Source of the DNA: an uncultured Gemmatimonadales bacterium
Lineage (GTDB): Bacteria; Gemmatimonadota; Gemmatimonadetes; Longimicrobiales; Gaopeijiaceae
DNA: 64,000 nucleotides
Assembly (NCBI GenBank): GCA_963823035.1
Contig: CAWGKG010000010.1
Span: 96,001 to 160,000, forward strand
Direction: 5' to 3'
The stretch's first letter is position 1; every line of letters starts with the position of its first letter. The position numbers and the translations under genes are program-made. Below, in pieces: positions 12,340-22,926 of this stretch. The notes under the pieces were generated by a model, which was not told where the DNA came from, ran no database searches, and worked only from the letters and a program-made list of their open reading frames with translations.

Positions 12340-13205
12340 AGCGCGTAGCCGCCGCCTTCGTCCTCCTCGCCCTCGGGGCGATACCGGATCGCGCCCGCGC
12401 GCAGGACCCGATCGACTCCCTTGTCGCGGCCTTCCCGGTCGAGCCGGGCGCCGCTGCGGTGCCGTTCGGTCCGGGAGAGCGGCTCGTCTACCACGTGAAG
12501 GTCGGCATCTTCGGCGCCGGCGAGGGCTCGCTGGAGGTGGAGGGCATCGACACCGTGCGCGGGCATCGCACCTACAAAGTGCGCATGCAGATCGACGGCG
12601 GGCTGATGGGGCTGAGCGTCCACGACAAGTACCAGTCGTGGTTCGACGTGCGGACGCTGGTGAGCTGGCGCTTCATCCAGGACATCAACGATCCCGGCTA
12701 CAGCAGCTTCCGCCACTACGAGATGTTTCCCGAGCGCCGCACGTGGGAGCGGCAGGACAACGACGAGTTCGGGCCGCTCGGCTCGCCGCTGCCGCTCGAC
12801 GACATCTCGTTCATCTACTACATCCGCACGCTCCCGCTCGAGGTCGGCAAGACCTACACGCTGCCGCGCTACTTCAAGCAGGACGGCAACCCCGTGGTCG
12901 TGAAGGTCCTGCGCAAGGACCACCGCGAGACCGACGCCGGGGAGTTCAACACGATCGTCGTGAAGCCCATCATCAAGACCACGGGCCTCTTCGGGCAGGG
13001 CGGAGACGCCGAGATCCACTTCAGCGACGACGACCGGCGCATCATGGTCTACATGAAGTCGAACATCCCCAAGTTCCCCGGCTCCCTCACGCTCCATCTC
13101 GAGGAGGTCCGCGAGGGCCTGCCGCTCAATCCGGAGGCCCGGGCGCAGACGCTGGAGCGGTGGAAGGCACGGGAGGACGGCTCACAGGACGACGCCGGCT
13201 CGTGA
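12336..13205 (+). CDS. Secreted DUF3108-like protein
   Basis: Signal peptide 'MKRVAAAFVLLALG...ARA'; 'PFGPGERLVY', 'LDDISFIYYIRTLPL', 'ETDAGEFNTIVVKP', 'FSDDDRRI'. Confidence 0.7.
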   Translation: MKRVAAAFVLLALGAIPDRARAQDPIDSLVAAFPVEPGAAAVPFGPGERLVYHVKVGIFGAGEGSLEVEGIDTVRGHRTYKVRMQIDGGLMGLSVHDKYQSWFDVRTLVSWRFIQDINDPGYSSFRHYEMFPERRTWERQDNDEFGPLGSPLPLDDISFIYYIRTLPLEVGKTYTLPRYFKQDGNPVVVKVLRKDHRETDAGEFNTIVVKPIIKTTGLFGQGGDAEIHFSDDDRRIMVYMKSNIPKFPGSLTLHLEEVREGLPLNPEARAQTLERWKAREDGSQDDAGS

Positions 13206-13207
13206 AC

Positions 13208-13741
13208 ATGCGCCGCCTCCGCCTGCGGGCGGTGTGGCTCCTCGTCGTCCCCTTCCTCTGGTTCGCGCGGCCCACCGCGAAGCTGCTCGTCGTCGGCGCG
13301 GGGCTCGGGCTGCTCGGGCTGCTCGTCCGCGGCTGGGCGGCCGGGACGATCCACAAGGAGAAGGAGCTCACCACCACCGGGCCGTACGCCTTCACGCGCA
13401 ACCCGCTCTACGTGGGGTCGTTCATCCTGGGCCTGGGGATCACGATCGCCGGCGGCCAGTGGATCTGGCCGGCGCTCTTCCTGGTCTTCTACGCGGGCGT
13501 GTACGGCCGCACCATGGGCGGCGAGGCGGTGCTTCTGACCGAGCTGTTCGGGGACCGCTTTCGTCACTACGCGGCGAACGTGCCCGCCTTCGCGCCGCGC
13601 CTCACGCCCTACCGTGCGCCGGGGGTGGAGGGCGGCGGCTTCACACTCGCGCAGTATAAGCGCAACCGGGAGTGGGAGGCGGGACTGGGCGCGTTGGCGG
13701 GCTTCGCGTTCCTCGCCGCCAAGTGGTGGCTCGGAGGGTAG
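13208..13741 (+). CDS. Isoprenylcysteine carboxylmethyltransferase / PEMT family membrane protein
   Basis: Multiple TM segments; 'LTTTGPYAFTRNPLYVG', 'LTELFGDRFRHYAANVPAF'. Confidence 0.8.
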   Translation: MRRLRLRAVWLLVVPFLWFARPTAKLLVVGAGLGLLGLLVRGWAAGTIHKEKELTTTGPYAFTRNPLYVGSFILGLGITIAGGQWIWPALFLVFYAGVYGRTMGGEAVLLTELFGDRFRHYAANVPAFAPRLTPYRAPGVEGGGFTLAQYKRNREWEAGLGALAGFAFLAAKWWLGG

Positions 13742-13762
13742 AGCTCCGGGGCGAAGCGTCCC

Positions 13763-15428
13763 TCAGTAGGCGTCTCGGTGCACGCCCTTCACGGCCCTTC
13801 CCGACGGCTCGTTCACGTTCTGGAAGGACGCGTCCCACGCCAGCGCCTCCGGGGTGCTGCACGCCACCGACTTGCCGCCGGGAACGGTGGCCGCGGCGGC
13901 GGGGAGCGGGAAGTGCTCCTCGAAGATCGAGCGGTACAGGTAGCCTTCCTTCGTGTCCGGCGTGTTGTGCGGGAAGCGGTAGCGCGCGTTCTCCATGTCC
14001 TGGTCGGAGACGCGTGACGTAGCGTGGTCCTTGAGGGCGTCGATCCACCCGTAGCCCACGCCGTCCGAGAACTGCTCCTTCTGCCGCTTCAGTACGACGT
14101 CGGGCAGATGGTCGGCGAAGGCCTCGCGCAGGATCATCTTCTCCATCCCGCCGGGCCGCACGAGCTTCCGCGCAGGGTCGAGGTTCATCGCCACCTCGAG
14201 GAACTCGAGGTCGAGGAAGGGGACGCGCGCTTCCACGCCCCACGCCGCCATCGACTTGTTCGCGCGCAGGCAGTCGAAGCCGTGCAGGCGCTCGAGCTTG
14301 CGCACGGTCTCCTCGTGCAGCTCGCGCGCGTTCGGCGCCTTGTGGAAGTAGAGGTAGCCCGCGAAGACCTCGTCGGCGCCCTCACCGGACAGCACCATCT
14401 TGATGCCCATCGCGCGGATGCGCCGCGCCATGAGGTACATCGGGGTCGACGCCCGCACCGTGGTGACGTCGTACGTCTCCAGGTGGTAGATCACGTCGCG
14501 CAGGGCGTCCAGCCCCTCCTGCACGGTGAAGTTGAACTCGTGGTGCACCGTGCCGATGTGCTCCGCGACCTTCGCGGCCGCCGCAAGGTCGGGCGAGCCG
14601 TCCAGCCCGATCGCGAAGGAGTGCAGCGTGGGGAACCATGCGTCCGAGCGGTCGTCGTCCTCGATGCGATGCGCGGCATAGCGCTTGGCCACCGCCGACA
14701 CGATCGACGAGTCCAGCCCGCCCGACAGCAGCACGCCGTACGGGACGTCGCTCATGAGCTGGCGATGGACGGCCGCCTGCAACGCGTCACGGATCGTCCC
14801 CGTGTCGATCCCCTCGGAGCGCAGCGCGTCGTACGAGGTCCAACTCGGCGTCGTAGTACCGCACCGGTTCCGGACCTGCCGCGCTGTCGAGCACGTGTCC
14901 CGGAGGGAACTCCTCGACCGTGGTGCACACCGGGGTGAGCGCCTTCATCTCGGAGGCGACGAAGAGGTTGCCGTGCCGGTCGCGGCCCGTGTAGAGCGGG
15001 ATGACGCCGATCGGGTCGCGCGCCACCAGGTAGCGGTCGTGCTCGGGGTCGTAGAGCACGAACGCGAAGATGCCGTTCAGGTCGTTCAGGAAGTCGGCGC
15101 CCTTCTCCACATAGAGCGGGAGGATGACCTCGCAGTCCGAGTCCGTCGCGAACGGGTGATCGGGGTAGCGCTCGCGCAGCTCGCGATGGTTGTAGATCTC
15201 ACCGTTCACCGCCAGCACGGGCCCCTTCTCCAGGTCGCCCAGCGGCTGGGCGCCGTGCAGGACGTCCACGATCGAAAGCCGCTCGTGCGCGAGGATCGCG
15301 CGATCCGAGGCGTACACACCCGACCAGTCAGGCCCCCGGTGGCGCTGGCGGCGTGAAAGCTCCAGGGCCTGATCTCTCAGGCCCTGGGCGTCGGATCGGA
15401 TCTCGAGGATCCCCAGAACGGAGCACAT
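13763..15428 (-). CDS. asnB: Asparagine synthase B (glutamine-hydrolysing), frameshifted near 14830-14850
   Basis: N-terminal 'MCSVLG...RHRGPDW...HERLSIVD...NGEIYNH' and C-terminal 'LSGGLDSS', 'SGEGADE', 'KEQFSDG' lie in two frames. Confidence 0.93.
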
Positions 15429-15454
15429 CGGCTTCCCCTACTTCGGAGTGCCGC

Positions 15455-18047
15455 CTACATGGGGGTGCTGCCCACCAGCGTGTTGAAGAGCAGCTTGAAG
15501 GTCCCGTGCGTCTGCGCCCGGTGCTGGGCGCGGAACCCGATGAGAACCACTTTGCCCTCGCCGAGTTCCACCGAGACCACCGCCGCCTTGTCCGCGATGC
15601 GGTCCTCGCCGAGCAGCCACCCGCTCTGCAGGAGGTCGCGGTGCACGTACGTGACGGGCCGCGCGGCGCGCTCGTTCTCGGCCGTCGGCACGAGCTGGTA
15701 GGCCTGACTGCCGGCCAGGAAGGTCGCGAGCGCGTCCTCCGGCATCCCGAAAGCGAGCGGGTCGTCGGTGTCGACCCGGACGTGGAGCGTCGAGCCCGGC
15801 GACCAGAACTCCGTGGACGACAGGCCGTCGAGGACGTTGCGCACCGGGAGGTCGAAGCGCTCGATCGCGAGGTCGCCGGCCTCGGCGAACGTCACGAGCG
15901 TGCCACCCGCCCGCACGAACGCCTCGAGCGCCGCCACGCCCTCGTCGCCGAAGCCGCTCCGGTACTCGGGTGGGTACTGCTGCTGCTCGCCGGGGCCGTC
16001 CCTGCGTTGGCCGACGAGCGTGGCCACGTCGTCCTCGGGCAGGAGGATCACGTCGTACTTCCGGTTCAGGTTGCCGGCCTTCAGCTCCGGGTCGAAGAGC
16101 GAGGTGTAGGGGAAGCCGAAGTCCTCGAGCAGCCAGCGGGTCCACCCCTCGTCGATGTTGCCGCCGTAGTAGCGCTGGTACATCGCGATCCGCCTGCGGG
16201 GAGCCTCCGGAGCGGCCTCGCCGCCGTCCACGTCCATCGCCTGGAAGTCCACGCCCGTGAGGTCGGCCACGCCGTTCACCAGCGCCTCCGGCGCACTCTC
16301 GATCCAGAAGTCGCCGGGGCGGTGCGGTCCGTGCTGCCGGACGAAGCGGCGCACGGTGACGCCCTCGTCCCAGAGCATGTTCATCGCCTTGAAGGCGTCG
16401 TTCAGCCGCCCGTCGACCAGGTAGCCCCGGCTTCCTCTCGCGACGGTGCCGCGCGGCGCCACGGTGTCCGCCACCTCGGCGAGCGCCACGGTGGGGAGGG
16501 TCTCCACGGGGTCGACCCGCACCCCCATGAACTCCGCCATGTCGTCGGTGGACATGTCGTACGGGCGGATCGGCGACCCGTCGTCGTTGCGCGTCCAGCT
16601 GTTGTCCGGGTAGAACGTCTGCCCCAGCAGCCAGCGGATCACGCCGCGCTTCGGCTGCGCCATGGTGACCACGTAGGTGCCCGGCGTCGTACGCGCGCCC
16701 TTCGTGTTGGAAGGCCTGCGAGGCGCGCTTCACCTCGACGCCCTGGCCCAGCAGCTTGTTCACCATCTTCGCCATCGTCAGCGGGTCGTGCTGATCCGCG
16801 GGGATGACGAAAGCCGACGGGCTTCCCGCGGCACCGCGCTCCGTCTGTCTCGAAGCCTTCAGGTACGCGTTGCGCAGCACCGTCTCCCGGTTCTTCGCGG
16901 CGATGTCCAGCGTCGAGAACGTCGCCACCTTCTGGCGCTCGACGATGTCCCGCACGTGCCACCACCCTCCGGGCCACGGGTCGGGGAAGTTCGTCTGCTC
17001 CTCGTATTCCGGGAGGTTGCGCGTGTTGCCCTGGAGCTGGTCGGGATGGAGGAAGAGCGGCGTCGCCAGGCGGGCGCTCGCCGACTCGGTGAGCATCCCG
17101 GCGATGTTGTGGAAGGGCGTGATCCAGTGGAAGCCGAAGTGGCCCCACCCGGAGTAGACGGCGTCGTTGATGATGCCCGACAGCCCGTTCTCCTCCTCCT
17201 TGTAGGCGATCTGCGCGCCGTACCAGCTCATCTCCCGCCACACCAGCGGGTCGGCGGCCGGCCGCACCGGGTCGGCGTAGGGCGGCACGTACATGCGCGC
17301 TCCGTACGGGCCCATCTGGTGATGGTCGATGTAGGCCTGCGGGGTCCAGTCGCGAAAGAGGATCTGCGCCCCGTAGCGCGACTCGACCGTGTTCTGCATG
17401 AACGCGTCGCGGTTGTTGTCGTGCCCGATGTAGTGGTGGTACAGCGTCGGCGGGCCCAACCCCTCGTACTCGGTGCCGACCGTCTTGTCGTACCAATCCG
17501 TGACGATGATCTCGCCGTCGGGGTTGAAGCAGGGGATCATGATCGCGACGGTGTTGTCGAGGATGCGGCGCATCTCCGCGTCGTCGCGCGTGGCCATCTC
17601 GTAGACGATCTCCGCTGCCGACTGGCTCGCCGCCACCTCGGTGGAGTGCAGCCCGTAGGATTGGACGACGACCGCCCTGCCGTTCGCGATCGCCGCGTCG
17701 ATCTGCTCCTGCGAGGCGCCGCGGGGGTCGCTGAGGACGGCGTTCATGCGTTGAAGCTCGTCGAGCTTCGCAAGGTTGTCCGGCGAGGACACCCAGATGG
17801 CAAGGAAGGGGTTGCCCAGCGTCGACGGTCCCATGTTCACGACGCGGACGCGGGGGCTCTCCCGATCGAGGAGCTGATAGTACTCCACCAGCTTGTCCCA
17901 CCGGGCGAGGTGCCGGTCGGCCCCCATCTGGAAGCCGAAGAAGGCCTCGGGCGTCGGGATCTGCTGGGCGAGGGCCGAGCCGGGGCCGGCGACGAGCGCG
18001 GCCAGGATCGGCAGAAGGAAAGAAGGTGCGCGGTGGCGGGGTCGCAT
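15455..18047 (-). CDS. Secreted M14 zinc carboxypeptidase, frameshifted near 16680
   Basis: Signal peptide; 'HSTE' (HxxE), 'NPDG', 'DNNRD', 'DHHQM'; C-terminal part 'GWTRWLLE...GGTLV' continues in another frame. Confidence 0.85.
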
Positions 18048-18144
18048 CGAGCGTCTCCAGGCTGCGGCAGGGCAGGTTCCGGGTTCGATGCGCCGTAACC
18101 TGGCGCGGTAGCCGAGTCGGCGCCACCGCGTGCCCGGCGGGTCG

Positions 18145-18687
18145 CTAGCCCCGCACCACCGTCCGGATCCGCGCGAGCTGCCGTCGGTGCGCGAGGTCGT
18201 GCCCCGCGTAGAGGCGCATCATGTGCGCGACGCTCTCCTCCCCGCGCTCCGCGTGCACGCCGAAGCGCGCCAGGTCCGCTTCGCCGGCGGCCTCCAGCAT
18301 GGCCAGGTGCACGGCGCGCAGCGACTCGAACATGGCCCGGGCGCGCCCGGCGTGCGCGCTGGCGTAGCCGAGGCGGGAGGCCCACAGGTCCTGGTCGAAT
18401 CCCACCAGGGCGGGGCGGTCCTCCGCGAGCACCTTCCGCAGGCGGTAGCCCCACACGAGCTCGGAGTCCGCCAGGTGCTGGAGGACCTGGGCGGCCGACC
18501 ACTTCCCCTCCTTCTCGGGGCGGGCGAGCTCCTGCTCCGCGAGGTCTCCCGTCAGCCTGCGCAGCTCGGCGGGCGTGGCCGCGAGGACGGCGAGGGGGTC
18601 CTGGTCGCCGAGCAGGTCGAGGACCGCGGCGATGTAGGCGTCGGCGTCCGCCTTGGCGCCGGAAGCGGGGTTGCTGAGGACGGACAT
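18145..18687 (-). CDS. DinB family protein
   Basis: 'GKWSAAQVLQHLADSE', 'GHDLAH'. Confidence 0.85.
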   Translation of the reverse strand: MSVLSNPASGAKADADAYIAAVLDLLGDQDPLAVLAATPAELRRLTGDLAEQELARPEKEGKWSAAQVLQHLADSELVWGYRLRKVLAEDRPALVGFDQDLWASRLGYASAHAGRARAMFESLRAVHLAMLEAAGEADLARFGVHAERGEESVAHMMRLYAGHDLAHRRQLARIRTVVRG

Positions 18688-18688
18688 G

Positions 18689-19552
18689 TCAGTCGCTCCC
18701 CAGGAGGCGTTTCGCGGCCGCGGCGGCGTCCCCGATGAAGGTGGACACGCGGCCCCGGCGCTCCGCGTCCGGCACCCGGACGATGTCGGCGCCGTGCAGC
18801 ACCGCTCCGGTCCATCCCTCCGTGTGCCAGGTGGCCGGGGGGTCGAGCGCGGGGAGGTCCCCCTCGGGTGGATACGGCCATGGCGTCACGTACCAGTACC
18901 ATCCCTCGATCCCCCCGCCCATCGGCGCCATGCCTACGCTCACCGTACGGGCCGGATCGTCACGCGCCCCCGGGCCGAGCCGCACCAGCGTCGCGATGTC
19001 GAAGTGGTGCGGCCAGCAGCGCACGGTGGAAGCCCCCGGCGTCGCCGCCGCGACCTCGTCCAGCAGCTCTGCGGCCGCCCCATACAGCGCGGCCAGGGCG
19101 GCCCGTTGCGTGGGGGCGCCCTCCGAGAAGCGGGCGCCCCTGCCCACGGGGTGCGCCGGGATGTCGAAGTCCGGCCGTTCGATCACGGGGCCGGTCCCGC
19201 CCATGTACTGCGAAAGGCCCGTGCGCAGCCACGTATAGGCGTCGTCGAGCGTCCCGCCGGCGAGGGCGAGCTCTCCGAGGGTGGCGTCGGTCCGGTCGAT
19301 GAGCCGGAGGGTGAGGTCCTCGACCCGCAGGGCGAGACGGAAGGGATAGCCGTCCGTGAAGCTCTCCCCGATGAACCCGCCGAGCCCCACGTGCCACCGC
19401 ATCGCCCGGTGGCTGTCGTCCTCCGTGGGGGCAACGAAGGTCTGCCCGGCGGCCGCCAGGAGCTGGGTGGCCCAGTGCAGCTCGAGGGTCGCGTCGACGA
19501 GCTCGGCGGGGTCCGCGGCCGCGAGGCCGATCCAGGGGTCGATGTCGGTCAA
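18689..19552 (-). CDS. Hypothetical protein resembling DUF5996
   Basis: TTG start overlapping the upstream stop; 'LHWATQ', 'DDSH', 'CWPHHFDIA', 'YWYVTPWP', 'WHTEGWTGA'. Confidence 0.55.
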   Translation of the reverse strand: MTDIDPWIGLAAADPAELVDATLELHWATQLLAAAGQTFVAPTEDDSHRAMRWHVGLGGFIGESFTDGYPFRLALRVEDLTLRLIDRTDATLGELALAGGTLDDAYTWLRTGLSQYMGGTGPVIERPDFDIPAHPVGRGARFSEGAPTQRAALAALYGAAAELLDEVAAATPGASTVRCWPHHFDIATLVRLGPGARDDPARTVSVGMAPMGGGIEGWYWYVTPWPYPPEGDLPALDPPATWHTEGWTGAVLHGADIVRVPDAERRGRVSTFIGDAAAAAKRLLGSD

Positions 19553-20628
19553 CGAACGTAGCGCTCCATCGCGAGGGATATCTTGTCCAACACGCCGTCC
19601 ACCGTGACCCGTTCCATCCCGTTCCGGTAGGCGTGCTCGATGGGGTAGTCTTCTCCCGGATGCTCGGCGTAGCCGTCGACCACCAGGTCCTGATAGAGCC
19701 GATAGGGGCCGGAGCGCTTCGGGTTCGTGTAGCCGAAGAGCCCGACCACCGGCGTCCCGAGCGCGCGGCTGATGTGCAGGGGCCCCGTGTCCGGGCTGAT
19801 CGTGAGGGCGCTCCCCTCGAGGATCCACACCAGACGACGGAGGTCGTCGCCGAGCGCGTCCACGACGCGCGCATTCGTGCGGGCCAGCACCTCGTCGGCA
19901 ATGCGACGCTCGATGGCGGACGGCCCGCCGACCAGCACGGGGCGGAGGCCGTGCGCACGCTCCACCTCCTCGAGCACGCGGGCGAAGCGCTCCGGCATCC
20001 AGTTCTTCTCCGGCTTGCTCGTGCCCACGACGACGGCGCAGACGGGCCGGTCCAGCCGCGAGAAGAACGCTTCCTGGGCGGCGCGCTCCTCGTCCGCGAG
20101 GTCGATGCCCCACGTCACCGGCTCGGGGTCGATCCCGAGCTCGTGGAGGAACTCGAAGTACTGGTCCTGCACGTGCTGCGGCTCGTGCGGGGGGATGCGG
20201 CGGTTCGTGAAGAGCCACTGCATGTCGCGGGCGCGGGCCCGGTCGAAGCCCAGCTTCACGGATGCGGGCGCAAGCGCCGTCAGGACGCCAGCCTTGAAGT
20301 AGACCTGCAGCCCGAGGAGGAGGTCGAAGCGGCGCTCGCGCACGTCGCGCGCGAACTCGGCGAAGCCGAGCCACCCCCGCAGGCCGCGGCGCCGGTGGAA
20401 GACGATGAAGTCGTCGATGGCCGGGTGGTCACGGACCAGGAGCCGGGGTACCGGCTGGATCACCCAGGTGATGCGGCTGTCCGGCCAGGTGCGCTTGAGC
20501 GCGTTGGCGACCGGCAGCACGTGCACCGCGTCTCCGATGGCCGAGAGCATCACGATGCAGATCTCCCGGGGGGGCGGGCCGGACCACCCCCCCGCCCGCT
20601 CCACCTGTGCGAGCGATGCCCTCACCAT
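19549..20628 (-). CDS. Glycosyltransferase family 9 (heptosyltransferase-like)
   Basis: 'LSAIGDAVH', 'ISPDTGPLHISRALGTPVVGLFG'. Confidence 0.9.
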   Translation of the reverse strand: MVRASLAQVERAGGWSGPPPREICIVMLSAIGDAVHVLPVANALKRTWPDSRITWVIQPVPRLLVRDHPAIDDFIVFHRRRGLRGWLGFAEFARDVRERRFDLLLGLQVYFKAGVLTALAPASVKLGFDRARARDMQWLFTNRRIPPHEPQHVQDQYFEFLHELGIDPEPVTWGIDLADEERAAQEAFFSRLDRPVCAVVVGTSKPEKNWMPERFARVLEEVERAHGLRPVLVGGPSAIERRIADEVLARTNARVVDALGDDLRRLVWILEGSALTISPDTGPLHISRALGTPVVGLFGYTNPKRSGPYRLYQDLVVDGYAEHPGEDYPIEHAYRNGMERVTVDGVLDKISLAMERYVR

Positions 20629-20655
20629 GGTCCGCCGATCACCGGACGGCCTCGC

Positions 20656-21430
20656 TCATCGCTCCTCCCCGAAGCCCCTGCGCAGCGCGGCCCACTCGCT
20701 CGGCGCCAGCCCCCGCCCGGTGCGCATCTGGAACTTGCGCAGCGAGCGCTCGAGACGCCGACGCATGGGAAAGGCGGGCGCGGGCACGCCGGCGGCGCGG
20801 GCGCGGCAGCGATCAAGGTCCACGAGGTGGGCCTGCGGCCCGTCCTCGCCGGCGTCCAGCACGATGTTCTTCGCGTTGAGGTCGGGGTGGAGAAGGCCCG
20901 CCTGCTCGAGCTTGCGCACGAGTCGACCGGTGGCCGTGAGCGCGGCCTCCCGCTCCACCTCCCGCGGTGGGGAGCCGAAGAGCACGTCCGCCAGGTCGGA
21001 GGCATCCGGAATCTCCTCGCTCACGAAGTCCGCACGGTAGAAGGCTCCGGCGGGCATACGCTGCGCCGGCGACGGCGGCGGGCGTCGGGATGCCGCGCTC
21101 GCGGGCAGCGCGTGAGGCCAGCGCCTCCATGAGGGGTCGGGGACGCCCGACCGCCAGGTAGCGGTCGACGAGGATGCGCGCCACCGCGCCTCCACGGTAG
21201 TAGTGACGCACCACCCAACGCTCCCGTCGATCGGGGCCGGGAACCGGCGCGGGCACCGAGTACACGCTCCCGCGCCCCGCCAGTTCCCGGCGGTCCGGGT
21301 GCTCGGAGGCCCAGCCGTGCAGCGTACCGCCGCTGCCGAGCACGCGCTCCATCCAGGGCAGACCCCCGGTGACCACGAAGCCCCACGCGGCGTCGGATCG
21401 CACGGCGCCATACCCGTCCGGGAGCATCAC
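20656..21430 (-). CDS. LPS/Kdo kinase (KdkA/InaA family), frameshifted near 21060
   Basis: 'GRGSVY', 'VVRHYYRGG' in one frame; 'YRAD', 'HPDLNAKNI', 'LVDLD', 'RRLERSLRK' in the next. Confidence 0.82.
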
Positions 21431-22515
21431 AGGTAGGTCGATCGCGCCACCTCCACCTTCTCGAGGACGTCCCTCACCGTGATCGTGTGCATCCGATCGT
21501 CCCGGGGAAGATACCCTGCCGGGTCGGGGTCGGCTCCCGGCTCCGTGTAGCGGTCGACGACCAGCTCCCGGAAGCGCGCCCACGGACCCACGCGCCAGGG
21601 GTTGGTATGGGCGAACAGGCCGACGACGGGCACGCCGAGCGCGTGCGCCACGTGCAGCGGCCCGGTGTCCGGCGCCACCACGAGCGCCGAGCCCGCGATG
21701 CGCCCCATCAGGGTCCGCACGGAGTCGCCGAGGCCGTCCACGGGCCGCGTGCGCGCACGGGCGAGCACAGTGTGCGCGGCGGCTCGCTCGCGCGCCGACG
21801 GACCCCCGAGGAGGAGCACCCGGAAGCCGTGCTCCTCTGCCAGGGCGTCCGCGAGCTCGGCGTACCGCTCGGCCGGCCAGTCCTTCTTCGGATTCGCCGA
21901 GCCCAACACGAGCGACGCGACCGGGCCTTCCCCGAGGGTCTCGAAGAAGGCCTCGCGCTCCTCGACCTCCTCCGAAGAGAAGGAGATCTCCCAGCGCACC
22001 GGGTCTTCCCGGGCGACGCCCAGCGCCCACCGGAAGTCGAGGAAGAGGTCCTGCGAGTGCTTCCAAGGCGTCTCGGCGAGGACGTGCGTGCTGAAGAAGC
22101 GGACGCCGTCGCGCGTCTTGGACGGCGGCAGGCCGACGCGCAGGGGCGCTCCCGACAGGACGGACGGCCAGACGCTCTTGAAGTACCGCTGGACGTTGAG
22201 GGTCAGGTCGGCATCGACGCCGGCCATGGCCCGGCGCAGCGCGGCGAGGCCCGCGAGGCCGTCCAGGGTGCGGTAGACGATGATCCGGTCCACGCCCGGG
22301 TGGTGGCGGAGGACCTCCGCAGGTGCCGGCTCGGCCACCCACGTCACCTCGTGCGCGGGGTTGCGCGCCTTCACGTCCAGGGCGAGGGGGAGGCCGTGGA
22401 CCACGTCGCCGATCCCCGAGAGGAGGACGATGCACACCCGGCGCGGCGCGTCGTCCAGGAGGACGGGGCCGTCGGGGCCGACGGTTTCGGGGCGGAGGGT
22501 CAGGGGAGCCTTCAG
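21427..22515 (-). CDS. Glycosyltransferase family 9 (heptosyltransferase-like)
   Basis: 'LSGIGDVVH', 'KDWPAERY', 'APDTGPLHVAHALG'; start approximate. Confidence 0.88.
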   Translation of the reverse strand: MKAPLTLRPETVGPDGPVLLDDAPRRVCIVLLSGIGDVVHGLPLALDVKARNPAHEVTWVAEPAPAEVLRHHPGVDRIIVYRTLDGLAGLAALRRAMAGVDADLTLNVQRYFKSVWPSVLSGAPLRVGLPPSKTRDGVRFFSTHVLAETPWKHSQDLFLDFRWALGVAREDPVRWEISFSSEEVEEREAFFETLGEGPVASLVLGSANPKKDWPAERYAELADALAEEHGFRVLLLGGPSARERAAAHTVLARARTRPVDGLGDSVRTLMGRIAGSALVVAPDTGPLHVAHALGVPVVGLFAHTNPWRVGPWARFRELVVDRYTEPGADPDPAGYLPRDDRMHTITVRDVLEKVEVARSTYL

Positions 22516-22919
22516 GAGGACGCCCCGTCGAGTTCCCACAGATGCAGCACCGGCCCGGAGAGCTTGTCGCCCTTGATGCGGGCCTCGAGTCGGTAAGGGC
22601 CCGGCGCAGGGAACACGACATCCTGCACCGGCATCACGAGGTAGGTGCGCGCCGGCCGGTCGCCGGGGGCGTGCGGCTTCACCTCCGTCTCGCCTTCGAT
22701 CGTGAACGACGGATGCGGGCCGCCTCCGGTCAACTCGACCTGGAAGCGGTAACGACCCCCGTCCTCGGGGCCCCACTCGACCGCGACGACCACGACCATC
22801 TCGTCCTGCTTGGCCGGGAAGCCGGGCGCGGCCAGGTCGACGAAGGCACCGTGGACGTCGAGCTTGCCGTCGGGGCGGAGCTCGGCGTGCTCGCAGAAGG
22901 CCATCATGAGGAGGTGCAT
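22512..22919 (-). CDS. Hypothetical protein resembling DUF6941
   Basis: 135 aa, beta-rich; 'AFCEHA..RPDGKLDVHGAF', 'FPAPGPYR'. Confidence 0.6.
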   Translation of the reverse strand: MHLLMMAFCEHAELRPDGKLDVHGAFVDLAAPGFPAKQDEMVVVVAVEWGPEDGGRYRFQVELTGGGPHPSFTIEGETEVKPHAPGDRPARTYLVMPVQDVVFPAPGPYRLEARIKGDKLSGPVLHLWELDGASS

Positions 22920-22926
22920 CGGCGTG

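Noticed and set aside
11577..13205. Apparent GT2-DUF3108 fusion (542 aa ORF)
   Set aside because: An internal signal peptide starts at ATG 12336, and a one-base shift ends the GT2 at a TGA overlapping that ATG; most likely an indel artefact.
13763..15428. Programmed frameshifting or pseudogenisation of asnB and other split genes
   Set aside because: No slippery-site pattern is evident, and many unrelated genes are affected in the same way, which favours sequencing error.
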